From positions 1 to 47,106 of the forward strand of contig JAQBQT010000025.1 in assembly GCA_028286835.1 (NCBI GenBank): 47,106 nt of DNA, read 5' to 3'. Source of the stretch: Candidatus Parcubacteria bacterium. GTDB taxonomy: Bacteria; Patescibacteriota; Minisyncoccia; Phycocordibacterales; PALSA-1337. The position numbers were made by a program, and so were the translations under genes. The notes below the pieces were generated by a model. The model was not told the DNA's origin. It did not search any database and worked only from the letters and a program-made list of their open reading frames with translations. Positions 8,352 to 17,671 of this stretch are shown here, in pieces. Each line of letters starts with the position of its first letter. Positions within the stretch are counted from its first letter, which is position 1.

Positions 8352-10100
8352 ATGCTCGTCGAAGACACCCAGCTCTATAAGTTCATTCTCGATTCTGGCC
8401 TCGTGTCCAAGACCGACCTCGAGGATGCCAAGAAAGATGCCGAAAATAAGGGCAAGCGCATCGGCGAGATCCTTGTCACTGCCGGCAAAATGACGCCGGA
8501 CAACCTCCGCCGCATGCAGGCCTACATGCTCGGCATCCCATTCGTGGACCTCAAGGGCAAAAAGATCCCGTTCGAGACCTTGTCGCTCATTCCTGAGCCG
8601 ATTGCCCGCACCCACAACATCGTCGCATTCAAGAAGAACGACGTGTCGCTCGAAGTAGCCATGCTCGATGTGGACGACCTATCCGCCATAGAATTCATAA
8701 AGAAGAAGGTTAACCTGAAGATCCTGCCGCGCCTCACCAATGCAGATTCCATCAAGGACTGCCTCATCCAATATCAGAAATCGCTCAAGGCCGAATTCGG
8801 CGACATCATCCAGAAGGAAACTGAGACCCTGAAGATGATCTCGGACGAGAAGGGTGAGGCCGTGACCGAAGCCGATCTCAAGAAGATCGCCGAGGATCTG
8901 CCGGTGGTGCGCATCGTGGACACGCTTATCAAGCATGCCATCATCCAGGACGCGTCCGACATCCATATAGAGCCGATGGAGGAGCAGGTTCTCGTACGCT
9001 ACCGCATCGACGGTCTTCTTCATGACGCAATGGTCTTACCGCGTCAGGCCGGACCTTCGATTTCCGCACGCATCAAAGTTCTGTCCAACCTCAAGCTCGA
9101 CGAAAAGCGCCTGCCGCAGGACGGCCGCTTCAAGGTGGATATGAATAGCGAAAAGGTTTCGTTCCGCGTATCTCTTCTGCCGACATACTACGGCGAGAAG
9201 ATCGTCATGCGTCTCCTCCGAGAGAGCATTTCTGGTTTCACGCTGGAATATCTGCACTTTCACGGCTCAGGCCTCGAGCGCATCCATAAGGCGCTTAATC
9301 TTACGACGGGCATGATCCTTACGACCGGACCGACTGGTTCCGGAAAAACGACATCGCTCTATACAATGCTTGATATCTTGAACCAGCCGGACGTGAATAT
9401 TTCGACCATTGAGGACCCGATCGAGTATCAGATGGCCCGCATCAATCAGACGGCTGTGCGCCCTGAGATCGGTTTCACGTTCGCGAGCGGCATCCGCACG
9501 CTCGTTCGTCAGGATCCTGACATCATCATGGTGGGAGAGATCCGCGACGGAGAAACTGCTGCGCTTGCCGTGAATGCAGCCCTCACAGGCCACTTGGTGC
9601 TGTCGACGTTGCATACCAACTCGGCTGCCGGTGCCATTCCGCGCCTTATGGACATGAAGGTCGAGCCGTTCCTCCTTGTTTCGACGCTCGACATCGTCAT
9701 TGGCCAGCGCCTCGTCCGCGCCCTCACTGATACCAAGACGCCATATTTCCTCACGAAGGATGAGATCGCCCAGCTCGAGCGCCTGGCCGACATGGATCGC
9801 GTGCTCGAGGCTCTTAAGGCTGAGAAGATAGTAAAGCCAGGCGACACGTGGCCGAAGATCCAATTCTGGAAGCCGACACCCGGTAATGACGACGATGGAT
9901 ATAAGGGCCGCGTTGGCATCCATGAGGTCCTGAAGATGAGCCCGGCCATCCGCGATCTCATCATGAAGAGCTCGACAACAGGCGATATCGAGCAGCAGGC
10001 ACGCAAGGAAGGCATGCTGACTATGCTCGAAGACGGCATCTTCATGTGCGTGCAGGGGCTCACCACCATCGAAGAGGTTTTGCGCGTCGTGTCCGAATAG
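8352..10100 (+). CDS. pilB: Type IV pilus/T2SS assembly ATPase (PilB/GspE family)
   Basis: ASDIHIEP, RYRIDG, RLPQDGR, Walker A GPTGSGKTT, EDPIEY, RQDPDIIMVGEIRD, TGHLVLSTLHTN. Confidence 0.95.
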   Translation: MLVEDTQLYKFILDSGLVSKTDLEDAKKDAENKGKRIGEILVTAGKMTPDNLRRMQAYMLGIPFVDLKGKKIPFETLSLIPEPIARTHNIVAFKKNDVSLEVAMLDVDDLSAIEFIKKKVNLKILPRLTNADSIKDCLIQYQKSLKAEFGDIIQKETETLKMISDEKGEAVTEADLKKIAEDLPVVRIVDTLIKHAIIQDASDIHIEPMEEQVLVRYRIDGLLHDAMVLPRQAGPSISARIKVLSNLKLDEKRLPQDGRFKVDMNSEKVSFRVSLLPTYYGEKIVMRLLRESISGFTLEYLHFHGSGLERIHKALNLTTGMILTTGPTGSGKTTSLYTMLDILNQPDVNISTIEDPIEYQMARINQTAVRPEIGFTFASGIRTLVRQDPDIIMVGEIRDGETAALAVNAALTGHLVLSTLHTNSAAGAIPRLMDMKVEPFLLVSTLDIVIGQRLVRALTDTKTPYFLTKDEIAQLERLADMDRVLEALKAEKIVKPGDTWPKIQFWKPTPGNDDDGYKGRVGIHEVLKMSPAIRDLIMKSSTTGDIEQQARKEGMLTMLEDGIFMCVQGLTTIEEVLRVVSE

Positions 10101-10121
10101 CCGGAAGATTTCCATACATTC

Positions 10122-11345
10122 ATGTCTCACTTCATTTTCAAAGCAAAAAAGCCATCGGGCGAAATATACAAAGGCGAAAAAGACGCCGCTGATCGTTTCG
10201 AGCTCTATAAGATGCTCCGTGAGGCAGGGGAGGAGGTGGTTTCCGTCGAGGAGAAGGCGGCTTCGAAGGGGCTTCATGTCGAGATCAACTTCGGCGGCCT
10301 CTTCGGCAGGGTGAAGACCATCGACAAGATCAACTTCGCCCGCAATCTCGGTCTCATGCTGGAGGCAGGCCTCGCTTTGTCACGAGCCCTTGCCGTTCTC
10401 GAGCGCCAATCCAAGAGCCAGGCTCTGAAGAAGGTCGTGCTCGACGTGGCTGCAAGCGTGAACACAGGCATGACGTTTTCGGATGCGCTGGCAAAGCACT
10501 CCAAGGTCTTTCCGCCCATCTTCATATCCATGGTCCATGCCGGCGAGCAGTCAGGCACCCTCGCAGACTCGCTCAAATCCGTCGGTGATCAGATGGACGC
10601 GAGCTTCACCCTTACTCGCCGCATCAAGGGGGCGATGATATATCCGGGAGTCATCATGGCTGTGATGGTAATCATCGGGATCCTCATGATGATATTCGTG
10701 GTGCCGACCCTCCTGAAGACGTTCACCGAGCTCAATGTGGCCCTACCGCCTGCGACGCAGTTCGTGCTCAACGTGAGCAATCTGTTCCAGCATGACGGCC
10801 TGCTCGTTCTTGCAGTCGTGCTCGTGGTCTCGATCTCGCTCTGGTATTGGGCCAAGCGCGACTCGGGCAAGAAGTTTTTCCATATGCTGACCCTTAAGCT
10901 TCCCATTGTCGGACCTCTTTCGCATGAAGTGAATGCAGCGCGCACGGCTCGGACCCTTTCGTCGCTCCTTTCCTCTGGCGTCGAAGTGGTCGAGTCAGTG
11001 AGCATCACAGCCGCCGTTGTCCAGAACGTCTATTTCCGTGCCGTCCTGAAACAGGCCGAAGAGGCCATCAAGAAGGGCGAGCTCATGTCGAAGACATTCT
11101 CAGCGCACGAGAACCTCTATCCGGCATTCTTCGCAGAGATGCTCTCGGTCGGCGAAGAAACGGGCCGAATCGGCGACATGCTCCTCAACGTCGCGAAATA
11201 TTATGAGAGCGATATCGAACAGAAGACCAAGGATATGTCGACCATCGTCGAGCCGGTCCTCATCGTCATCATCGGCGCGGCCGTCGGCTTCTTTGCGATC
11301 GCCATGATCCAGCCTATGTATTCGCTCGTCGATGCCGTCCATTAA
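10122..11345 (+). CDS. pilC: Type IV pilus platform protein (PilC/GspF family)
   Basis: Two T2SSF repeats (AGEQSGTL, VGEETGRI), AMIYP, EPVLIV, three TM segments. Confidence 0.94.
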   Translation: MSHFIFKAKKPSGEIYKGEKDAADRFELYKMLREAGEEVVSVEEKAASKGLHVEINFGGLFGRVKTIDKINFARNLGLMLEAGLALSRALAVLERQSKSQALKKVVLDVAASVNTGMTFSDALAKHSKVFPPIFISMVHAGEQSGTLADSLKSVGDQMDASFTLTRRIKGAMIYPGVIMAVMVIIGILMMIFVVPTLLKTFTELNVALPPATQFVLNVSNLFQHDGLLVLAVVLVVSISLWYWAKRDSGKKFFHMLTLKLPIVGPLSHEVNAARTARTLSSLLSSGVEVVESVSITAAVVQNVYFRAVLKQAEEAIKKGELMSKTFSAHENLYPAFFAEMLSVGEETGRIGDMLLNVAKYYESDIEQKTKDMSTIVEPVLIVIIGAAVGFFAIAMIQPMYSLVDAVH

Positions 11346-11348
11346 TTC

Positions 11349-13118
11349 ATGAATATAAGCCTGAAAAAGAAAGGCTTCACTCTCGTCGAAATCGTCGTCG
11401 GCACGGCGGTCTTCCTTGTCGTAGCGATATCAGCATATAACGCATATGTGGCGCTCATCAGGCTCGCCAATGCGAGCCAGGCCCGCATCCTCGGCGTTGA
11501 GCTCGCCGACGAGCAGTTCGAGATCATCCGCAATATGCCGTACGTGAATGTAGGCCTCACCGACGGCATCCCGCTCGGGGTATTGCCTCGGAATCAGACG
11601 GTGACTCGCGGCGGCTTCACCTTCAATATCGGATTGGTCGTGCGCAGCCTGGATCTTTCCACGAGCACAGTCCAAGCGTCGACCAAGCAGGTGGAAGTAG
11701 ATATAGATTGCACGAGCTGCACGAATTTCACGACCATCGCCCTTACGGGACAAGTCTCGCCGGCGAATCTCGCCTCTGCGGCAAGCGGGGGAGCTCTCGT
11801 GGTCCAGGTCTTCGATTCTTCAGGCGTGCCCATTCAGGGTGCGACTGTCGTCGTTCAGAGCACGGCTACTTCTTCGGTGACAGATACTGACACCACAAAC
11901 AAAGAAGGCCTTCTCGATATCGTGGGAGTGCCGCCGGGCGCTAACGTATACCGCGTCACGGTGACCAAGGCGGGATACTCGACCGCACGCACGTATCCTT
12001 TGGGCGGAGCGGGAAATCCCAATCCGACATTGCCTGACGTGACCGTCGCTTCCGGCACCGTTACCCAAGTGAGCCTTTCCATAGACAAGCTGTCGACCCT
12101 GAATTTTTCCTCGGTGAATCTTTTATGCGCGGTGGTGCCGAACTTGCATTTTCATATGACAGGCGCGAAGCAGATCGGTGCGAGCGTGCCGAAATATTCC
12201 CAGGACCTGGTGACGGGTGCGAGCGGCGCCCTCAGCCTGCCGTCCATGGAATGGGATACATACACCATCACTCCAACTGATTCGGCATATGACGTGAGCG
12301 GCATCACGCCGTTCAATCCGTTCGCCCTGAATGCTGGTAACACGCAGAGACTGCAATTCATCGCCACGCCGAATAATCCGAGGACGCTCCAGATCGCCGT
12401 CGCGGATAGCGTCACCAAGCTGCCGCTTTCCGGCGCTATCGTCCAGCTTTCCAACGGGGCAGGGTACGACGAGACAAACATCACCGGTCAAGGCTATGTG
12501 AGCCAGACGGACTGGTCGGGCGGATCGGGGCAGACTGACTATTCTGTGGCCAACAGGTATTATTTCGGCGATGGAAATGTGGATACCTCTACTTCTTCGG
12601 GCAGCATCGTCATGTCACAGGCATTCGGGCTCTATAACACGTCAGCCACGGCGACTCTCGAGTCATCGACGTTCGACACGGGTACGACAAGCAATTTCTA
12701 TGCCCTGAACTGGAAGCCCCTGAGTCAGCCAGCTCTTGCCGGTCCGGCGCCGCTCAAATTCCAATTCGCCACTAACCCCACCTCGACTTCGACAGTGTGG
12801 ACCTACCTCGGACCTGACGGCACTCCGAATACATATTTTACCGTGCCGGGAACCCAGGTGAGCGCAACCCATAACGGCAATGAATTTGCGCGCTACGCCG
12901 CATATCTCACGACAGACACGGCAACCATAACGCCGAGCGTGAATGATGTCTCCTTTACCTATACTTCCGGATGCACGCCGCCCGGCCAGGTGATATTCCA
13001 GGGCCTTTCCAGCGGGGCATATACTCTTACGGTCTCTAAGGCGGGATACACGACCTCTGTTACGCCGGTCACTATAAGCGGCAATTGGCAGAATCAGACG
13101 GTGCTGTTGGGGCTGTAG
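11349..13118 (+). CDS. Large minor pilin with C-terminal beta-sandwich (carboxypeptidase-regulatory-like) repeats
   Basis: Prepilin motif KKKG|FTLVE; repeats V.D..G.P..GA.V and YRVTVTKAGY / YTLTVSKAGY. Confidence 0.85.
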   Translation: MNISLKKKGFTLVEIVVGTAVFLVVAISAYNAYVALIRLANASQARILGVELADEQFEIIRNMPYVNVGLTDGIPLGVLPRNQTVTRGGFTFNIGLVVRSLDLSTSTVQASTKQVEVDIDCTSCTNFTTIALTGQVSPANLASAASGGALVVQVFDSSGVPIQGATVVVQSTATSSVTDTDTTNKEGLLDIVGVPPGANVYRVTVTKAGYSTARTYPLGGAGNPNPTLPDVTVASGTVTQVSLSIDKLSTLNFSSVNLLCAVVPNLHFHMTGAKQIGASVPKYSQDLVTGASGALSLPSMEWDTYTITPTDSAYDVSGITPFNPFALNAGNTQRLQFIATPNNPRTLQIAVADSVTKLPLSGAIVQLSNGAGYDETNITGQGYVSQTDWSGGSGQTDYSVANRYYFGDGNVDTSTSSGSIVMSQAFGLYNTSATATLESSTFDTGTTSNFYALNWKPLSQPALAGPAPLKFQFATNPTSTSTVWTYLGPDGTPNTYFTVPGTQVSATHNGNEFARYAAYLTTDTATITPSVNDVSFTYTSGCTPPGQVIFQGLSSGAYTLTVSKAGYTTSVTPVTISGNWQNQTVLLGL

Positions 13119-13143
13119 TTTTTATCCATGCTAAAATATTCCT

Positions 13144-13755
13144 GTGAATAGAACTTCTCATTCCGGCATGACACTGGTGGAAACGATGATCGCCCTCGCC
13201 CTCTTCGCGGTCGTGATCGTGGCGGTCGGCTCATTCCAGGTCAGCCTCTTCACGAATCAGAAAGTCGTCTCGGGCTCGCTCCAGACCGCGCAGGATTCCC
13301 AGATCATCCTGAAGACCATGCTCACCGAGCTGCGTTCGGCCGCTCCCGGCATGAATGGGGCATACCCTATAGTGTCCGCGGCCACATCGAGCATCATTTT
13401 CTTTTCCGATGCGAACAACGACGGCAAGACCGAACAGATAACCTACAAGCTGGCGAGCACTACTATATATAGAAGCGTCATTCCGCCTACGGGATCCCCG
13501 GCGGTCTATAGCGGCGCGAATCAGTCGACGTCGACCATTCTATATAATGTGCGCAACTCGACATCCACGGCCATATTCCAGTACTTCGATCAGAATTATA
13601 CGGGGACGAGCACGCCGCTTGCATATCCCATTAGCCTCGCATCCGTGCGGCTGGTGCAGATCAGCCTCACGCTCGACGTGAATCCGAACCTCTCCCCGAT
13701 ACCGCGCACGTATACCGTTCAGGCCAGCCTGAGGAATCTCAAGACCAATCTATAA
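13144..13755 (+). CDS. Minor pilin (PilW/GspJ-like)
   Basis: Prepilin motif HSG|MTLVE and hydrophobic helix; ELRSA. Confidence 0.85.
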   Translation: MNRTSHSGMTLVETMIALALFAVVIVAVGSFQVSLFTNQKVVSGSLQTAQDSQIILKTMLTELRSAAPGMNGAYPIVSAATSSIIFFSDANNDGKTEQITYKLASTTIYRSVIPPTGSPAVYSGANQSTSTILYNVRNSTSTAIFQYFDQNYTGTSTPLAYPISLASVRLVQISLTLDVNPNLSPIPRTYTVQASLRNLKTNL

Positions 13756-13758
13756 TCC

Positions 13759-15249
13759 ATGAAGCATTTCGGCCTAAAAAATCGCGGCGTGAAAAATAGG
13801 GGTGACATTCTCATTTCTGTCGTGGTCTTTGCAGCGATCACCGTTACGGTCACGATAGGGCTCGTGAATTGGGGAGCGGCCATGCTCGCGGGCATACGCA
13901 CGACGCAGGCAAAAGAACAGGCGTTCCAGATCGCCGAGGCAGGAATAGATTATTATCGCTGGCACTTGGCGCAATTCCCGACTGACTACACCGATGGCAC
14001 AACCGGGCCCTCGCCGTATTATCACGCGGTCACAGACAAGAACGACGTTGTCATCGGCGGATACGCGCTGACCATCACACCTCCGCCTCTCGGCTCGACA
14101 AAGGTCGTCATCACTTCGACAGGAACCACCACGGCCAATCCGAATGTATCCAGGACTGTCCAGGCGACTCTGGCCCAGCCTTCCTTGGCCCAATATGCAG
14201 TCATCGCGAACGACAACCTTCGCTTCGGAGCGGGCACGACCATTTATGGCCCAGTCTCGTCCAATCAGGGCATTCATTTCGACGGTGTCGCATTCAATGT
14301 CGTCTCGAGCGCGCTCGCAACAGATACTGATCCCGACAATTCCTGCACTCCTCAGCCTGCATGCGCGGTCGAATGGGGCGTTTTCACCCAATCCGGCACT
14401 GATGATCCTTCGCCGCCGACGGCCGCGAACAATCGGCCCGATGTCTTTGCGGCAGGAAGGCAATACCCGGTGCCCGCATTCCCGTTCGCCACGCTTGCCG
14501 TGAATCTGTCGAGCCTCCTTACGCTTTCAACGCCGGGCGGCGTGTGCTCGGCTCCGCGCTGCTGGGTATCTTCCGGGGCGCAGGGATACTACATGCATCT
14601 CAATACCAACAATACGTACGATATGTATACCGTGAATACGCTCAAGGCTGCTCCGAGCGGCTGCACGAGCGTCGCCAGCCAATCGCAGTGGGGGACATGG
14701 AGCATCAATACCAAGACCCTCATCGGCGCCGGATATGCGATACCGACGAACGGGATAGTCTTTGTGAAGGATAACCTCTGGATCGACGGACAGATAAATG
14801 GCAGCCGCCTGACCGTCGCTGCAGCGGACATCGGCCAGACGGATCCGACAAAATATCTCAATATCACCGTAAATAACGACCTTCTCTACACTAATTTTGA
14901 CGGCACCGACGTCATCGGCCTCATAGCCCAGAACAATGTGAATGTCGGGCTCTTCAGCGCCGACAGCTTCACCATCGATGCCGCGCTCGTGGCTGAGATC
15001 GGCAGGGTGGGGCGCTTCTATTACAACTCGAACTGCAGGAGCGGCGGCGTGAGCTACTATGACCGCTCGTCGCTTACATTGAATGGCATGATCGCAACTG
15101 CGATCCGCTACGGCTTCGCCTATACTGATGGCACGGGATATACCACGCGCAATATCAATTATGACGGCAATCTCCTCTATAGCCCGCCGCCGTCATTCCC
15201 GCTCGCCTCGACGCAGTATCAGACGATCTCCTGGAAACAGCTGAAGTAG
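13759..15249 (+). CDS. Minor pilin (PilX/GspK-like)
   Basis: KNRG|DILIS without Glu5; QAFQIAEAGI motif; C-terminal ISWKQ. Confidence 0.8.
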   Translation: MKHFGLKNRGVKNRGDILISVVVFAAITVTVTIGLVNWGAAMLAGIRTTQAKEQAFQIAEAGIDYYRWHLAQFPTDYTDGTTGPSPYYHAVTDKNDVVIGGYALTITPPPLGSTKVVITSTGTTTANPNVSRTVQATLAQPSLAQYAVIANDNLRFGAGTTIYGPVSSNQGIHFDGVAFNVVSSALATDTDPDNSCTPQPACAVEWGVFTQSGTDDPSPPTAANNRPDVFAAGRQYPVPAFPFATLAVNLSSLLTLSTPGGVCSAPRCWVSSGAQGYYMHLNTNNTYDMYTVNTLKAAPSGCTSVASQSQWGTWSINTKTLIGAGYAIPTNGIVFVKDNLWIDGQINGSRLTVAAADIGQTDPTKYLNITVNNDLLYTNFDGTDVIGLIAQNNVNVGLFSADSFTIDAALVAEIGRVGRFYYNSNCRSGGVSYYDRSSLTLNGMIATAIRYGFAYTDGTGYTTRNINYDGNLLYSPPPSFPLASTQYQTISWKQLK

Positions 15250-15304
15250 GGCCGGAATCCAGATTCCCGGGCATGCGCCGCTCGGCATGTGCTAGAATTA
15301 TTCC

Positions 15305-16090
15305 ATGCCATCGAAATATCTCGTAGTAGGAAACTGGAAGATGCATCCCGCCACCGTGGATGAGGCCAAGGTCATCGCAAAAAAGAGCCGGCTCATCGCC
15401 GGGAAGCTCGTGCGCACCGAAGTGGTGGCATGTCCGCCCTTCGCATTCATCCCGGCCAGCGTTTCGCGTACGCAAGCGGAAAATTTCTCCATCGGAGCCC
15501 AGTCGGTCTCGGGCGATGAGGGCGGCGCACATACCGGGGAAGTGGGAGCCGCCATGCTGAAGAGCCTGGGTGTTTCATATGTCATTGCCGGCCATTCTGA
15601 ACAGCGCGCTGCGGGAGATACGGACGAGATGATCTCGAGAAGGATCGGCCGCGCCCTCGATGCGGGCTTGTCTGTGATCGCCTGCGTTGGCGAGAAGGTC
15701 CGCGAAGAGAGCGGCTCGCACTTTGCATTCATCAAGGAGCAGATCAAGAACAGCCTCGCTAATGTGTCGGAAGACAAGAGAAGCCGCATCATCCTGGCTT
15801 ACGAGCCTGTCTGGGCCATCGGCGCACAGGATGCCATGGCTCCCGAGCAGATATATGAGATGTCTCTTTTTGTGAAGAAAGCTTTTGCTGACGCATTCGG
15901 CCCGGAAGCTGGGCTCAAGGTGAAAGTCCTGTACGGGGGCTCGGTCAATTTCAGGAATGCAGCCGATATCATCGTGCGCGGCAAAGTCGACGGGCTCCTT
16001 GTCGGCCGCGAGAGCGTGAATATGCCGGGATTCAGCGAGCTTCTGAAGGCGGTGGATGGGATCGGAACAGGGCAGGCTCAGACCGCATAG
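15305..16090 (+). CDS. tpiA: Triosephosphate isomerase
   Basis: GNWKM, GAHTGEV, GHSEQR, AYEPVWAIG, LYGGSV. Confidence 0.96.
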   Translation: MPSKYLVVGNWKMHPATVDEAKVIAKKSRLIAGKLVRTEVVACPPFAFIPASVSRTQAENFSIGAQSVSGDEGGAHTGEVGAAMLKSLGVSYVIAGHSEQRAAGDTDEMISRRIGRALDAGLSVIACVGEKVREESGSHFAFIKEQIKNSLANVSEDKRSRIILAYEPVWAIGAQDAMAPEQIYEMSLFVKKAFADAFGPEAGLKVKVLYGGSVNFRNAADIIVRGKVDGLLVGRESVNMPGFSELLKAVDGIGTGQAQTA

Positions 16091-16111
16091 TTATCCATAT
16101 ACGCCTTACAT

Positions 16112-17248
16112 ATGCCCATGAAATCAATCCGCGACATAGAACATCTTGAAGGCGTGCGCATCCTCGTGCGCGTCGATTTCAATGTGCCCATCAAGAATGG
16201 GGCCATCGCGGACGATATCCGCATCCGCTCGGCGTTGCCGACCATCAACTTCTTGCGCGAAAAGGGGGCGAAGCTCATCCTGATAAGCCATCTCGAAGTC
16301 ATCGAGGGAGAGAGGGCTACCCTCGAACCCGTCGCACGCAAACTGGGGGAGCTCGGCATACCGGTCGCTTTCGTGAAGGACTACGCGAAAGTCGTACAGA
16401 TGCTCGAGCATGAAGTCGGGAACGGCAGCGTCATCCTCCTAGAAAATCTGCGCACATACGAAGGGGAGAAGGAAAATGACCCGAAATTCGCCAAGGAGCT
16501 CGCCTCGCTTGCCGACGTATACGTGAATGACGCTTTTTCCGTGTCGCATCGCGAGCACGCTTCCATCGTCGGGGTACCCAAGCTTTTGCCAGGCTATGCG
16601 GGCTTCCAGCTAGAAAAGGAAGTCACGAATATCGCAAAGGCGTTCGACCCCGACCATCCATTCCTTTTTATTCTGGGCGGCTCGAAGTTCGCCACCAAGC
16701 TCCCGCTCCTCCTCAAATTCATGGAAAAGGCCGATGCCGTTTTCGTGGGAGGCGCTTTGGCGAACGATTTCTTCAAGGCCAAAGGGTATGAAGTCGGCAC
16801 CTCGCTTCTGTCCGAGGGCTCATTTGATTTCAATGTCTTTCTCAATAATCCAAAACTGCTTTTGCCTATAGATGTCGTAACCGAAAAGCACGAGACCAAG
16901 CCGGCGGACGGCGTGGCTGCTGGTGACAAGATACTCGATGTCGGGCCGAAGACTATAGAGATGCTCCGCGAAAAGATTTCCTCAATGAAGTTCATTCTTT
17001 GGAATGGCCCGCTGGGAATGTATGAGGACGGATACACCGGACCGACCCTGGAGCTTGCCCGCATGATCGGCGACGCGACGAGCGCAGATACCGCTACTAT
17101 CGTCGGGGGAGGCGACACCTTGGCTGCAATAGCAGCGCTCGGCATCGAGGATAAATTCACTTTCGTTTCTACGGCTGGCGGAGCGATGCTCGACTTCTTG
17201 TCCAAGGGAACATTGCCGGGAATAGAGGCTCTGGAAAAGTCGGAATAA
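16112..17248 (+). CDS. pgk: Phosphoglycerate kinase
   Basis: RVDFNVP, LLENLR, VNDAFSVSHR, WNGPLG, GGGDT, STAGGA. Confidence 0.97.
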   Translation: MPMKSIRDIEHLEGVRILVRVDFNVPIKNGAIADDIRIRSALPTINFLREKGAKLILISHLEVIEGERATLEPVARKLGELGIPVAFVKDYAKVVQMLEHEVGNGSVILLENLRTYEGEKENDPKFAKELASLADVYVNDAFSVSHREHASIVGVPKLLPGYAGFQLEKEVTNIAKAFDPDHPFLFILGGSKFATKLPLLLKFMEKADAVFVGGALANDFFKAKGYEVGTSLLSEGSFDFNVFLNNPKLLLPIDVVTEKHETKPADGVAAGDKILDVGPKTIEMLREKISSMKFILWNGPLGMYEDGYTGPTLELARMIGDATSADTATIVGGGDTLAAIAALGIEDKFTFVSTAGGAMLDFLSKGTLPGIEALEKSE

Positions 17249-17263
17249 GCAAGCCGGGAATAG

Positions 17264-17638
17264 CTACTTCAGATTCGCAAGGATCTTTTCCTTGTTGCCG
17301 GCGAAGTCGTTCTTCTCGCCCTTCGTTTCGTTGAGGGGGTACACCCAGATATGGGCGTGCGGCACTTCGTCGCCGAAGATCTTGCTCACCACCCATTCCG
17401 TGCCGAAGGCTTTGCGCTGGGCGAGCGCGATCGTGCGCGCGATCTCGAAATATGCGCCGGCATCCGGCACATCCCATACCCAGCGATGATGCTCCTTGGG
17501 TATGACTTGGACATGTCCTGTCGAAAGCGGATGGATATCGAGGAAGGCCATGAAGTCATCGTCCTCGTATACGATGTGAGCAGGGATTTCCTTAGCGACG
17601 ATTTTGCAGAAGATGCAGTCGGCTGGGGCGTTTTTCAT
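17264..17638 (-). CDS. HIT family nucleotide hydrolase
   Basis: DCIFCKI, FLDIHP, GHVQVIPK, VPHAHIW (third His of the triad is Trp). Confidence 0.9.
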   Translation of the reverse strand: MKNAPADCIFCKIVAKEIPAHIVYEDDDFMAFLDIHPLSTGHVQVIPKEHHRWVWDVPDAGAYFEIARTIALAQRKAFGTEWVVSKIFGDEVPHAHIWVYPLNETKGEKNDFAGNKEKILANLK

Positions 17639-17644
17639 ATGGCC

Positions 17645-17664
17645 ATTGTACTACATGATATACT
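17645..17664. promoter_or_regulatory. Back-to-back -10 elements for HIT and recJ
   Basis: Minus TACAAT (17645-50) 6 nt before the HIT ATG; plus TGaTATACT (-10 at 17659-64) 7 nt before the recJ ATG. Confidence 0.5.
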
Positions 17665-17671
17665 GCATTTC

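Noticed and set aside
9267-10277. Long antisense and alternate-frame ORFs (336 aa here; many others over rny, nusA, recJ, fusA and ribosomal genes)
   Set aside because: They shadow well-supported genes, have no motifs and are expected from GC-rich third-position bias.
16083-16110. TGTAAG on the minus strand upstream of pgk as another ECF promoter
   Set aside because: No CGTC at the 16-nt spacing, and it points antisense into tpiA.
17351-17671. 107-aa N-terminal extension of RecJ in the ORF track
   Set aside because: It overlaps the antisense HIT gene; ATG 17672 has its own -10 and gives a normal-length RecJ.
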